From Myxococcota bacterium (GTDB lineage Bacteria > Myxococcota_A > UBA9160 > UBA4427): a stretch of 64,000 nt of DNA. A program made the translations under genes and the position numbers. Every line of letters begins with the position of its first letter. Within the stretch, counting starts at the first letter, position 1. The notes below the pieces were generated by a model. That model was not told where the DNA came from, ran no database searches, and saw only the letters and a program-made list of their open reading frames with translations. Shown piece after piece: positions 48,955 to 58,802 of the stretch. The stretch spans positions 2,592,001 through 2,656,000 of the forward strand of contig OZ252299.1 in the NCBI GenBank assembly GCA_965250285.1, given 5' to 3'.

Positions 48955-50580
48955 ATGCAGATCACGCTTCGAGCCCAGCCCGCGCACGAGCTTCGCGGGG
49001 ATTCGATCTCGCTCGCCCTCCTGGCCCCCGCGCCGTCACGCGATGCGAAGCCGAAGCGCGGGGCGCGCGCGAAGAAGCGCGCGTCGAAGAAGCGCTCGGA
49101 CGCGACCGAAGCGCTGCCCCTGCCGCGTGGCCTCGCCGCCTTCGACCGTGCCCTGGGCGGCGCGATCAGCGCCCGCCTGGCCGTGGGCGACTTTCAGGCG
49201 AAGGCGGGGCAGTCGATCGTCGTGCATCCCGGGGTCGAAGGGGCGCCGAAGCGAGTGCAGCTCGTCGGTCTCGGGCCGGCGTCGAAGGCCGAACTCGAGA
49301 TCGTGCGCCGCGCCGCCGCGCGGGCCGCATCGTGGGGCACGGATCACGGCGCGACGAGCCTCGGTCTGTGGATCCCACCCGTGCGAGGGCTCGACCAAGC
49401 CGACGCGTTCGCGGCCGCGGCCGAAGGCTGCGTGCTCGGGGCCTACCGCTTCGACCGATACAAATCGGGCAAGCGGGCGAGCGCGCCGCGTCGCGTGGCC
49501 CTCGCGAGCGACAAGGTGAGCGATCTCGCCGCGGCGAAGCGACGCGTTCAGCAGGGCCGCGTCGCCGCCGAGGGTCAGGTGCTCGCGCGCGACCTCTCGA
49601 ACGAGCCGCCGAACGAGCTGCCGCCCGCGGCGCTCGCGCGCGAGGCCCGCCGCGTCGCACGCGCCACGGGCATGCGCTGCACGGTGCTCGGGCCGGCCGA
49701 GCTCGAGCGGATGAAGATGAAGGCGCTGCTGGCCATCGGACAGGGCAGCGCGGCCACGCCGCGCCTGATCGTCCTCGAGCACAAGCCGAAAGGCGCCGCG
49801 TCGAAGTCGAGCGAGGGACCGCTCTGCGTCGTCGGCAAGGGCATCACGTTCGACTCGGGCGGTCTATCGCTGAAGAGCGGCGCCGGCATGATGGACATGA
49901 AGCACGACATGTCGGGCGCCGCGACGGTCGTGGGCGTGATGCAAGCGGTGGCCGAGCTGAATCTGCCGATCCACGTCGTCGGCATCGTCGCGGCCGCCGA
50001 GAACATGCCGAGCGGCACCGCCGCGCGCCCGGGCGATGTGGTGCGCGCAATGAGCGGCAAGACCATCGAGATCCTGAACACCGACGCCGAGGGCCGGGTC
50101 GTGCTCGCCGACGCGCTCCACTACGCGAACGTGAAGTACAGCCCGGCGGCGATGATCGACATCGCCACGCTGACCGGCGCCATCATGGTGGCCCTGGGCC
50201 CCTGGGCGACGGCCGTGTTCGGGCGTGCGCAGGACGGCGGCCTGGTCGAAGAGGTCCGCGAGGCCGGGGATGCATCTGGCGAGCTGATGTGGCCCATGCC
50301 GCTGCTCCCCGAGCACACGCGCATGATGCAGAGCAAGGTGGCCGATCTGAAGAACATCGGAGGGCGCGACGCGGGGGGCTCGACGGCGGCCGCCTTCCTG
50401 GCTGAATTCGCAGGAGAGACGCCCTGGGTGCATCTAGACATTGCAGGGAGTGGTATGACGAGCCAATCAACCGCATATCACCGGGGTGGCGGGACCGGCG
50501 TGGCTGTTCGGACCCTCCTCGAATGGATCCAGGCCCGGTCGCCGCGGGGTCAAACGAACCGACGCACCAAGCGTCGTTGA
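48955..50580 (+). CDS. pepA: Leucyl aminopeptidase (M17)
   Basis: GKGITFDSGG, MKHDM, NTDAEGR, ATLTGA and HLDIAG motifs. Confidence 0.95.
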   Translation: MQITLRAQPAHELRGDSISLALLAPAPSRDAKPKRGARAKKRASKKRSDATEALPLPRGLAAFDRALGGAISARLAVGDFQAKAGQSIVVHPGVEGAPKRVQLVGLGPASKAELEIVRRAAARAASWGTDHGATSLGLWIPPVRGLDQADAFAAAAEGCVLGAYRFDRYKSGKRASAPRRVALASDKVSDLAAAKRRVQQGRVAAEGQVLARDLSNEPPNELPPAALAREARRVARATGMRCTVLGPAELERMKMKALLAIGQGSAATPRLIVLEHKPKGAASKSSEGPLCVVGKGITFDSGGLSLKSGAGMMDMKHDMSGAATVVGVMQAVAELNLPIHVVGIVAAAENMPSGTAARPGDVVRAMSGKTIEILNTDAEGRVVLADALHYANVKYSPAAMIDIATLTGAIMVALGPWATAVFGRAQDGGLVEEVREAGDASGELMWPMPLLPEHTRMMQSKVADLKNIGGRDAGGSTAAAFLAEFAGETPWVHLDIAGSGMTSQSTAYHRGGGTGVAVRTLLEWIQARSPRGQTNRRTKRR

Positions 50581-50659
50581 CCCACGGGTGACCCCTCCGT
50601 ACTCTCCGCGCGCCGCGCGTCCAGGGGCGGCGGAAGACTTCCTCAAGGAGACCCAGACC

Positions 50660-51037
50660 ATGACTCGCATCACGATCCTCTCGGCCTTGGCCCTGCTCCT
50701 GGCCGGCCTCGCCCTGCCCTCGATCGCCCTCGCTGGCGACGTCGAGAACGGCAAGGCGCTGTACATGCAGAACTGCGCGAGCTGCCACGGCGACACCGGG
50801 GCCGGCGACGGTCCGACGGGCGCCGCCCTGCCGGTCAAGCCCCGCGACTTCGGCAGCGGTGATTTCAAGTTCGACACCGATGGCGATGGCACGCCCGGCA
50901 CCGACGCCGACCTGACGAACATCATCAAGAACGGCGCGATGAAGTACGGTGGCTCGCCGCTGATGGCGCCGCTGCCGCACCTGACCGACGAGAACATCAC
51001 GGACATCATCGTGTTCGTGCGCTCGCTGAAGCAGTAG
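50660..51037 (+). CDS. Monoheme cytochrome c
   Basis: AAGGAG RBS, signal peptide, CASCH, distal SPLM. Confidence 0.92.
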   Translation: MTRITILSALALLLAGLALPSIALAGDVENGKALYMQNCASCHGDTGAGDGPTGAALPVKPRDFGSGDFKFDTDGDGTPGTDADLTNIIKNGAMKYGGSPLMAPLPHLTDENITDIIVFVRSLKQ

Positions 51038-51204
51038 CGAGCACGCGCGCGGAGATCGCCGGGCACGCCCGGAGCGGTCTCGCGAGATCGAGCCAAGGGC
51101 GGACTTCCGAGAGGGGGTCCGCCCTTCGTGCATCCAGCGACGCGCTGCGACCGTCGAGATCGGGCGCTGCGCTATCGTGGCGCTTCGATCGGGGAACGCG
51201 CCCC

Positions 51205-52509
51205 GTGCCACGCCGACGCGTCTGGTCCGACCCGAAACGGGGCGCGCCGGACGACGCCCGCAGCAGCAACCCGACCGCTCCCCAGGGACGAAGCTTGACC
51301 CGATCCAGAGACCGAGACGCGGAGCAGGATCGCGACGCCGAGGGCCGCACGCAGGCGAGCGCGCCGGCTGCGTCACCCGCCGAGCCCGAGGTGCTCCCGC
51401 CCGAAGACGACACCCGCTCGCCGCAGGTGCTCCCGCCCGAGGACGACGCCGGCGCGCTCGAGGTGCTCCCGCCCGACGACGAGGCGGCCGACCCCGACGT
51501 GCTGCCGCCGGCGGGAGGAGACCTCGACGACGACGGCGTGCAGCTGCCCGATGGCTCGCCCGTGCGGGCGACCGATGGCGACGGCGCAAACGCCCCCATC
51601 GTCTACGACGACACGGCGCACCTGCCGTCGATGCCGGGCAGCGGCGCGACGGCCCTCAGCCAGTACATGGCCGAGCTCAAGCACCACGCCCCGATCAGCC
51701 GCGAAGAAGAGCACGAGCTCGCCGTGCGCTGGCGCGAAGACGGCGACATGCAGGCCGCCCGCAAGCTGGTCGTGTCGAACCTGCGCCTGGTCGTGAAGAT
51801 CGCGATGGACTACCGCCGCGCTTGGACGAACACCCTCGATCTGATCCAGGAGGGCAACGTCGGGCTGATGGAGGCGGTCCAGCGCTACGACCCCTATCAG
51901 GGCGTCAAGCTCTCGTCGTACGCCGTCTACTGGATTCGCGCGTACATCCTCAAGTACATCCTCGACAACATGCGGAGCGTGCGCCTGGGCACGACGCGAG
52001 CATCGCGCAAGCTCTTCTTCCGGCTCAACAAGGAGAAGGCCGCGCTCGAGCGTCAGGGTTTCGAGGTGGCGCCGAAGCTGATCGCCGAGCGCCTCGACGT
52101 CTCGGAGCAGGACGTCGTCGAGATGGAGGCGCGGCTCTCGCGCCCCGACACGTCGCTCGACGCGCCGCTGCGCCGCGATGAAGATGGCGGTGCCACGGTG
52201 GGCGATACGTTCGCCGCGGCGGGCAGCACCGCCGAGAGCCAGGTCGGCGAGGCCGAGCTGCGCGCCGTGTTCGTCGAGAAGATGCAGGATTTCGCCGAGG
52301 GGCTCGCCGACCGGGATCGACAGATCCTCGACGAGCGCATCCTCGCCGAAGATCCGAAGACGCTGGCCGAGCTGGGCGACGAGTTCGGCGTCTCGCGCGA
52401 ACGCGTGCGACAGCTCGAGGCACGCCTGGTCGACAACTTGCGCACCTACATGAGCGAGCACCTCGTCGACTTCGAGTACTACGCAGCACCGCCCGAGACG
52501 AAGTCGTGA
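51205..52509 (+). CDS. rpoH: RpoH/sigma32-family sigma factor with acidic repeat N-extension
   Basis: SNLRLVVKIA, DLIQEGNVGLM, RpoH-box-like SRKLFFRL, GVSRERVRQLE; start uncertain. Confidence 0.8.
   Translation: MPRRRVWSDPKRGAPDDARSSNPTAPQGRSLTRSRDRDAEQDRDAEGRTQASAPAASPAEPEVLPPEDDTRSPQVLPPEDDAGALEVLPPDDEAADPDVLPPAGGDLDDDGVQLPDGSPVRATDGDGANAPIVYDDTAHLPSMPGSGATALSQYMAELKHHAPISREEEHELAVRWREDGDMQAARKLVVSNLRLVVKIAMDYRRAWTNTLDLIQEGNVGLMEAVQRYDPYQGVKLSSYAVYWIRAYILKYILDNMRSVRLGTTRASRKLFFRLNKEKAALERQGFEVAPKLIAERLDVSEQDVVEMEARLSRPDTSLDAPLRRDEDGGATVGDTFAAAGSTAESQVGEAELRAVFVEKMQDFAEGLADRDRQILDERILAEDPKTLAELGDEFGVSRERVRQLEARLVDNLRTYMSEHLVDFEYYAAPPETKS
51385..51510 (+). repeat. 36-bp period coding repeat (xVLPP x4)
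   Basis: GTGCTCCCGCCCGA-like units starting at 51385, 51421, 51457 and 51493. Confidence 0.85.
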
Positions 52510-52991
52510 TCGAACCGCAGCGCGCCCGATCGTTCGGCGCCCTCGCCGCGCTCCTCGCCCTCGTGCTCGCCGCGTCGGCCTGCAACGGGGCCGCCCAGCC
52601 CGCCGCCGAGGAGCCCGACGCCTGGGTCACCATCGGGGCCGCCCGGGTCTCCACCGAGGTCGTCCGCGACCCCGCTTCGAAGGCCCGCGGGCTCGGCGGA
52701 CGCGACTCGCTCGCCTGGGATCACGGCATGCTCTTCCCCTATGACCGCCCCGACTTCCTCGCGTTCTGGATGAAGGACATGCGCTTTCCCATCGACATCA
52801 TTTGGATTCGCGATGGGCGGATCGTCGACATGGCGCTCCGGGTCCCGTTCGATCCCCAAGGGGGGCCGGGCCCGACCGTGCGGCCGAGGTCGCTCGCCGA
52901 CAGCGTGCTCGAGGTGCCGGCCGGCTACGCCCAGGCCCAGGGATGGCGCATCGGCGATCGCGTCGAGGTGGTCGAGAGCCCCGCCCGCTGA
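52506..52991 (+). CDS. DUF192 family lipoprotein
   Basis: RGLGGR, GMLF, FWMKDMRFPIDIIWI and VLEVPAG motifs. Confidence 0.9.
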   Translation: MIEPQRARSFGALAALLALVLAASACNGAAQPAAEEPDAWVTIGAARVSTEVVRDPASKARGLGGRDSLAWDHGMLFPYDRPDFLAFWMKDMRFPIDIIWIRDGRIVDMALRVPFDPQGGPGPTVRPRSLADSVLEVPAGYAQAQGWRIGDRVEVVESPAR

Positions 52992-53065
52992 AGCGGTCGG
53001 TCGGCCCCTTCGACACCGCCCTGTGGCACTCAAGTGGCCACGAGGGGCTGCCGATCCGGCAGACG

Positions 53066-53755
53066 ATGGCCAATGAATCCACGTTCATGCTGTTCTGCCC
53101 GCCGATGCCGCCGCTGCGCCTCACCGACGGCGTGGTGACGATCGGCCGGCACCCCGAGTGCGAGCTCAACTTGCGCATGGACGACGTGTCGCGCCGCCAC
53201 GCCCAGGTCTCGTTCGAGCAGGGCCGTTGGCACGTGAGCGATCTCGGCAGCACCAACGGCACCTTCGTGAATGGGCAGAAGGTCGAGGGCCAGCGGGCGC
53301 TCTCACCCGGTGACCACATCGAGGTCGGCGAGAACGCGGTCACATTCTGCGAGCTCGGCGGGACGGCCGCCTTCCCTTCGCGCGACCTCGACGCCCGTAC
53401 CGTCGTCTTCGACCGCACGGCCGACGTCGGCACCGACGCCGAGCTGCGGGGCGAGCTGCGCGAGATCCCGTGTGCGCCGCTCTTCCAGCTGCTCGAGATG
53501 AACCGCAGCAGCGGTCGCCTCGACGTGCAGACGAAGGAGAGCGCCGCCAACGTGTGGTTCGAGAGCGGCCACCCGGTGCACGCGATCAGCGAGAAGCACG
53601 CGGGGTTCGAGACGCTGCTCGCCCTGGTCGGGCTGCGGGAAGGCCGCTTCGTCTTCGCGGCCGGCGAGATGGCCCCCGAGAAGACGATCCAGGCCAGCGT
53701 CACCGAGGTCTTGATGGAAGCGTGTCGCCTCGAGGACGAGCAGAACCGCAGCTGA
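53066..53755 (+). CDS. FHA domain + DUF4388 protein
   Basis: TIGR, VSRRHA, DLGSTNGTFVNG; LRGEL...LFQLL...SGRL...LMEACRLEDE. Confidence 0.88.
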   Translation: MANESTFMLFCPPMPPLRLTDGVVTIGRHPECELNLRMDDVSRRHAQVSFEQGRWHVSDLGSTNGTFVNGQKVEGQRALSPGDHIEVGENAVTFCELGGTAAFPSRDLDARTVVFDRTADVGTDAELRGELREIPCAPLFQLLEMNRSSGRLDVQTKESAANVWFESGHPVHAISEKHAGFETLLALVGLREGRFVFAAGEMAPEKTIQASVTEVLMEACRLEDEQNRS

Positions 53756-53792
53756 GGGGCGACACGGTCGCCGGGCCGCGTGCTCGATCGCC

Positions 53793-55109
53793 TCAGCCGC
53801 CGACGGCGTCCCCACCGAGCGGCTGACCCGCCTGGAGACTCGGAAACTCGGCCAGGATCCACGCCTGCACCGCGTCTTCGACGCCTTCGGTATCGAGCCC
53901 CAGCATCTCTTCGAGCGCGTCATCCATCGACACGCCGCGGCCGAGTCGGCGCATCAACTGACGCCGCGCGTCGGCCGTCGAGTGTGCGTGGATCCACTCG
54001 ACGGCGACGATGCTCTGCAGATACGCCGCGCGCGCGTCGTCGTCGCCCAGGCCCGAGAAGCTCGGCGCGAGGCGCCTCAGCGGGATCCAGTCGCCGGCCT
54101 GGATGCGTTGGCGCAGGCTCGCCCGTTCGCTGCGCGTCGACGTCGGTCGATGGCGCGCTGCGCGCTCGACCGCCTCGGCGAGGCCTTCGTTGAACCAGTA
54201 CGGTCGATCGCTGCCGGTCTCTTCGCGGTACACGGCGTGCACGTACTCGTGAAACAGCAACGCGCGGAGCGCCTCGCTCGGCTGAGCGGGCGCCGAGACG
54301 TGAATTCGCCCGTCGAAGAAACCGACGGTCTGGAACGAGAACTTGTGAGCGTGAGCCGTCGTATAGGCGGCACGGCCGTAGAACACGACGCCGAGGGGCT
54401 CGGCCAGCGTCACCCCCATGCGTTCGTCCACGAGCGCCCGCGCCTCTTCGAGCGAGCGCATCGCCGAACTCGCATACGCGTCGTTCGCGGCATCGAGCTC
54501 GGCATCGAGCTGAATCTCGAAGTGCTCGCCCTGGTAGAGCACGAGCTCGAGCGGGCCACGCCGGCGGTTGCGATCGGCGAGCTGATGCTCGATCTGCAGG
54601 TCAGCGAGGCGCGCCTCGGCCTTCACCCGCCATGGCTTCAGGTCGTCGTCCGCGTACTTGAGAAAGAGCCTCAGGTGCTCGGCCGCCCGGCGATAGCGGC
54701 CGCGCTTTCGATCCAGCGATGCGAGATACCAATAGGTCTCGGGCCGCGCGGGATCGAGCCGCTGCGCACTGCGCAGCGCGGCCACCGCGCGGGCGGTCTC
54801 GCCGCGCTCGAAATCGGCGACGGCCCCCTGCAGCAATCGCAGCACGCGATCCTCGGCGCTGCCCGATGCGCCGGGCGGCGTCACGGGCACCGGCCCGGTG
54901 ACCATGTCGCCCCATAACCCGCGGAGCGCCTCGACGTCGTGGGCGTCCCGCGCGACTTCGGGGACCGCGTCGGCGTCGTTCGAGAGCCGCGTGATGCCGG
55001 CTTCGTCGACCCACACGAAGCTCTCTGCGAGCACCGCGCCCGGGGCGATCGAAACGGCGACCGAAGCCAAGACGAACGCAGCACTGAGAAGCCGAGGAAG
55101 GACACGCAT
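53793..55109 (-). CDS. Secreted TPR / peptidase MA-like metallopeptidase
   Basis: Signal peptide, WVDEAG (DUF4124-like), TPR, HEYVH...WFNEGLAE. Confidence 0.8.
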   Translation of the reverse strand: MRVLPRLLSAAFVLASVAVSIAPGAVLAESFVWVDEAGITRLSNDADAVPEVARDAHDVEALRGLWGDMVTGPVPVTPPGASGSAEDRVLRLLQGAVADFERGETARAVAALRSAQRLDPARPETYWYLASLDRKRGRYRRAAEHLRLFLKYADDDLKPWRVKAEARLADLQIEHQLADRNRRRGPLELVLYQGEHFEIQLDAELDAANDAYASSAMRSLEEARALVDERMGVTLAEPLGVVFYGRAAYTTAHAHKFSFQTVGFFDGRIHVSAPAQPSEALRALLFHEYVHAVYREETGSDRPYWFNEGLAEAVERAARHRPTSTRSERASLRQRIQAGDWIPLRRLAPSFSGLGDDDARAAYLQSIVAVEWIHAHSTADARRQLMRRLGRGVSMDDALEEMLGLDTEGVEDAVQAWILAEFPSLQAGQPLGGDAVGG

Positions 55110-55282
55110 CGGGAGGAAGTGACGTGAGCACGGCCGATGTGTCGGCGCCGCAGCGCGCCACGCTGCGTTCGTCTGGCGCAGCGAGGGACGATTCCAGCCG
55201 CAGCAGAACCCGCACGCTCACGCTGGACGCGTGGCACGCCCGGCAGCGCTTCGAGGGTGCATCGAAGACACGGGCGCGCGCG

Positions 55283-55819
55283 TCAGCGCGTCTTGACCGC
55301 TTCACCCGCGAGGTGCCCGATCTCGGGCACGATCAGCTTCTGCATGGCGAGGCCGACGGCGCCGCGCGAGCCCGGGATCACGAAGACCACGCGCCCCTGG
55401 ACGAGCCCTGCGGTCGCCCGTGAGAGGAGCGCGGCCGAGCCGATGTCCTCGTACGAGAGCATGCGGAAGAGCTCGCCGAAGCCCGGCACGATGCGTTCGA
55501 GCTTTGCCTCGATCGTCTCGGGCGTGACGTCACGGGGCGCCACGCCGGTGCCCCCCGTGAAGATGACGGCCTGCACGCCGTGCGTTTCGAGCGCCGTATC
55601 GAGGGCGGCGCCGATGGCCGCCGGATCGTCCTTCACGATGTAGCGCTCGACGACGCGATGCCCCGCCGCCTCGAGCTCGCTCGCGACGAGCGCGCCACCG
55701 GTGTCGGTGTCGGGGGTACGCGTGTCGCTCACGGTCACGACGATCGAGGCCACCGCGGTCGGCGCCGCCTTGCGATGGTGGTGCCGCGCATCGGCCGGAC
55801 GTGCATCACCTTGCGCCAC
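55283..55819 (-). CDS. moaB: Molybdenum cofactor biosynthesis protein MoaB/MogA
   Basis: TVSDTR, TGGTGVAPRDVTPE, PGFGELFR, SRATAG and PGS motifs; start uncertain. Confidence 0.9.
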   Translation of the reverse strand: MAQGDARPADARHHHRKAAPTAVASIVVTVSDTRTPDTDTGGALVASELEAAGHRVVERYIVKDDPAAIGAALDTALETHGVQAVIFTGGTGVAPRDVTPETIEAKLERIVPGFGELFRMLSYEDIGSAALLSRATAGLVQGRVVFVIPGSRGAVGLAMQKLIVPEIGHLAGEAVKTR

Positions 55820-55886
55820 GCGGGGCACCTCGCTGCGTGCCGGCTGCGCGCCGTGCGACGACGTCAGACATGTGTGGACGGCGCGT

Positions 55887-56570
55887 TCATGCGTGGTCGT
55901 CGACCCAGTAGGCGCCATCGGTCGCGACCTCGCGCTTCCAGATCGGCACCGTGACCTTGAGCGTATCGATCGCGTACCGACAGGCCTCGAACGCCTCGCC
56001 GCGATGGGGTGCGGCGGCGACCACGACGACCGCGGCGTCGCCGATCTTCAGGTGACCGATGCGATGGGCGATCGCGACCCGCGTCCCCGCCCAGCGTCGC
56101 TCGGCTTCGTCGACGATCTTCTGCATCTCGCGCTCGGCCATCTCGGGGTAGGCCTCGTATTCGAGGTGCTCGATGTCGTGCCCCCGCGCACGATTGCGCA
56201 CCGTGCCCACGAAGCTGACGATGCCGCCGGTGTCGTCGCCCGACACGCGCGCGACCACCTCGTCTTCGTCGAGCGGTGTCTCGCTGATCGTGCAGCGCTT
56301 CGGCCCGGCGGTCGCCGCGCCGCCGGCGACGGGGGGCAGCAGCGCGACCTCGTCGCCCGAGGCCAGCACGACGTCGCCGCTCGCGACCTCGAGATTGACC
56401 GACACCGCGAGCCGGTCGCCGTAGCGCTCGACCGCCGGCCAGCGCTGGCCCAGCAGGGCCTTCAGGCCCTCGACGTCGAGCCCGTCGTCGACCTCGAGAT
56501 CGACGTCGCGCGCCCCACCAACTTCGTCTCGCAGGGCACCAAAGAGCTTCAGATGGATCTTGATCGGCAT
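55887..56570 (-). CDS. MoaD-MoaE fusion molybdopterin synthase
   Basis: KLFGALR...GDEVALLPPVAGG followed by FVGTVR, LEYEAY, HRIG and PIWKRE. Confidence 0.93.
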   Translation of the reverse strand: MPIKIHLKLFGALRDEVGGARDVDLEVDDGLDVEGLKALLGQRWPAVERYGDRLAVSVNLEVASGDVVLASGDEVALLPPVAGGAATAGPKRCTISETPLDEDEVVARVSGDDTGGIVSFVGTVRNRARGHDIEHLEYEAYPEMAEREMQKIVDEAERRWAGTRVAIAHRIGHLKIGDAAVVVVAAAPHRGEAFEACRYAIDTLKVTVPIWKREVATDGAYWVDDHA

Positions 56571-56659
56571 ACGGCCGAGGCTAGCAGCCTCGAGCTGCGC
56601 ATTCCCTGCGCACGCTTTCGATCTCAACGTGGCCCGCCGACGCGCCGATCAATCCCCCC

Positions 56660-56917
56660 ATGAGCGACCAGAGCCAGTTCGCCCGCCCCGCCCCGCCGCT
56701 CGCCGCTGTCGAGTCGGCGGTCGACCGCCTGCGCCCCGGCCTCGTGGCCGACGGCGGCAACGTCGAGGTGCTCGGCATCGAGCCCGACGGCACCGTGCGG
56801 GTCGTCTTCCAGGGAACCTGTGCAAGCTGCCCCGCCCAGACGGCGACGCTGCGATACGGCCTCGAGGCCCCGCTGCGCGAGGCCTTGCCCGGCGTCACGG
56901 CCGTCGTCGCCTTCTAG
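56660..56917 (+). CDS. NifU C-terminal (Nfu) Fe-S carrier
   Basis: LRPGLVADGGNVE and GTCASC motifs. Confidence 0.9.
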   Translation: MSDQSQFARPAPPLAAVESAVDRLRPGLVADGGNVEVLGIEPDGTVRVVFQGTCASCPAQTATLRYGLEAPLREALPGVTAVVAF

Positions 56918-57001
56918 AAGCCAAGCGCTCGGGTCCGATCGACTCGGATCGACGCACGCACGGGCCCGGCCGAATGCGCGCCGTTGGCGTCTCCTCGGCA
57001 G

Positions 57002-57042
57002 AAAACGAAAGAGGCGCCTCGTTCGCAACGAGACGCCTCTTT
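57002..57042 (-). terminator. Terminator between convergent nfu and bactofilin genes
   Basis: AAAGAGGCG...CGCCTCTTT stem with T-rich tail on the minus strand. Confidence 0.7.
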
Positions 57043-57091
57043 GCCAAATGACATCGTATTCGGGACGGCGCGGCCGCCTTCGCGCGGTGGA

Positions 57092-57595
57092 CTACTTGCC
57101 CTGCTGCGCGGCCTCGCCCTTCTTCGAATCCTTCGCGCCGCCATCGACGGGCGTGAGCTTCGACGTCGAAGGGCCGCGCTCGTTCATGCGCAGGCTGCCG
57201 TTGAAGACCGCCCCCTCCTCGATCATGATCGACGGGCAATCGAGGTCGCCCTCGACGCGTGCGGTCTTGTGGAGCACGACCTGACGGCCCGCGTAGATGT
57301 TGCCAACGACCGAGCCCGAGACGACGACCATGTTCGAACGGATCGTCGCGGTGATCTCACCGCTCTCGCCGACGATCAGCGTGTTCTCGCTCGAGATCTC
57401 GCCGCTGAACTCGCCGTCGATGCGGACGGTGTCCTTGAACGAGAGCTTGCCCTCGAACTGCGAGCCCTGATCGATGAAGGCCGTGAGACCACCCCCACCC
57501 GAGGGCGCCGGCGACGGTGCGGCGGCGGGCGCCGGTCCGGCTCCGCTGCTCGTGGTCTCGCCCTGCTTGCCCCGTCCGAACCCGCTGATGGCCAT
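57092..57595 (-). CDS. Bactofilin
   Basis: FIDQGSQFEGKL...VRIDGEFSGEI...IEEGAVFNG beta-helix pattern. Confidence 0.93.
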   Translation of the reverse strand: MAISGFGRGKQGETTSSGAGPAPAAAPSPAPSGGGGLTAFIDQGSQFEGKLSFKDTVRIDGEFSGEISSENTLIVGESGEITATIRSNMVVVSGSVVGNIYAGRQVVLHKTARVEGDLDCPSIMIEEGAVFNGSLRMNERGPSTSKLTPVDGGAKDSKKGEAAQQGK

Positions 57596-57835
57596 GGTCT
57601 GTCCCTTCGTCGTCCCCGGTCTCGATCTCGACCGGGCTGGAATGGTCGTCCCCCGGCCTTGGTCTCGACCGGGCTGGAAATGATGTGTGGCGAGCGATGC
57701 TCGCCCTCCGTCTTCGGCGCGATGGCGCCGTGCTTGAGCGAAAACTGCCGGCGATTCCCAAGCCGGACCGAAACGTTGCGTCGGCTCCTGCGCGGCGGTG
57801 AACCCGGGGGGTCAGGTGCTACTCTGCCGCCCACC

Positions 57836-58753
57836 ATGGCCCCGGAACCGCACGATCGAGGATCACAGAAAGCCCTGCTGCGTGGGGCGCTTGCGCGTGA
57901 TCGCATCCACGGCGGCTACCTGCTGAGCGGTGCCGGGGATGCCCCACGGCGCGCGGCCGAGTGGTTCGCCCGGGCCCTGGTCTGCCGGGCCGCCGACCCC
58001 TCCGATCGGCCGTGTGGCGCCTGCGCCGCGTGCCTCAAGTCACATGCCGACGTCGACCAGCCTGTCCTCGATGCGAAGAAGGGGACGAAGACGCCCTTCC
58101 GCTACGTCGGCGAGCACCCCGACCTGCACTGGCTCGAGCGGGCACCCGACGCGACCCGCGTCAGCATCCACCAGGTGCGCGAGCTGCAGCGCGCGCTGTC
58201 GTTCGCTTCGAGCGAGGGCGGGCGCCGGGTCGCCGTGATCGCCGATGCCGAGTGGCTGAACACCGAGGCACAGAACGGGCTGCTGAAGCTGATCGAGGAG
58301 CCGCCCGACGGCACGTCGATTCTGCTGGTGGCACGCAGCGCGACCACGCTGCTGCCGACGATCCGCTCGCGCTGCGTGCGCGTCGCATGGCCCGCCGAAG
58401 AAGCGACCGCGCTGCGCGGCGAAGCGGCGGCCGAGGACGTCGCCGCGCTCACGGCGCGCTTCGACACGATCGATCGACTCGGCCTGCCCGAGCTGCTGGC
58501 CTGGGCCGAGGAGTATCGCGGCGCGCGCGCCGTCGCCGCCGCAAACGTCGAGAAGCTGCTGACCTGCGGCCATGGCTGGCTCCGCGAACGCACCACCGCT
58601 CAGGCCGCGGAGCGCGGGCGCGACGTGCGTCCGCTGCTCGACGCGTTTCGAGAGCTGACGCGCTGCCGCCGCGATCTCTCACAGCGCAACGCCAATCCGC
58701 AGATGATCGCCGAGCGCAGCCTCTTCGCCGTGCGCGGCGCGCTCAGCCGATGA
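57836..58753 (+). CDS. holB: DNA polymerase III delta' subunit
   Basis: C4 zinc motif, HPD, QNGLLKLIEEPP and LLPTIRSRC motifs. Confidence 0.9.
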   Translation: MAPEPHDRGSQKALLRGALARDRIHGGYLLSGAGDAPRRAAEWFARALVCRAADPSDRPCGACAACLKSHADVDQPVLDAKKGTKTPFRYVGEHPDLHWLERAPDATRVSIHQVRELQRALSFASSEGGRRVAVIADAEWLNTEAQNGLLKLIEEPPDGTSILLVARSATTLLPTIRSRCVRVAWPAEEATALRGEAAAEDVAALTARFDTIDRLGLPELLAWAEEYRGARAVAAANVEKLLTCGHGWLRERTTAQAAERGRDVRPLLDAFRELTRCRRDLSQRNANPQMIAERSLFAVRGALSR

Positions 58754-58802
58754 CCGAATCCGCCCCGGGCCGCGCCGCCTGGCGGAAACGAATGGGAAGA
58801 GA

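Noticed and set aside
51385..51510. 36-bp periodic repeat as a possible CRISPR array
   Set aside because: Units are degenerate and in frame within a coding region, with no spacer-length unique segments and no cas genes.
57836..58000. Degenerate Walker A in HolB as a sign of a pseudogene
   Set aside because: Delta' is normally ATPase-inactive; the ORF and SRC motif are intact.
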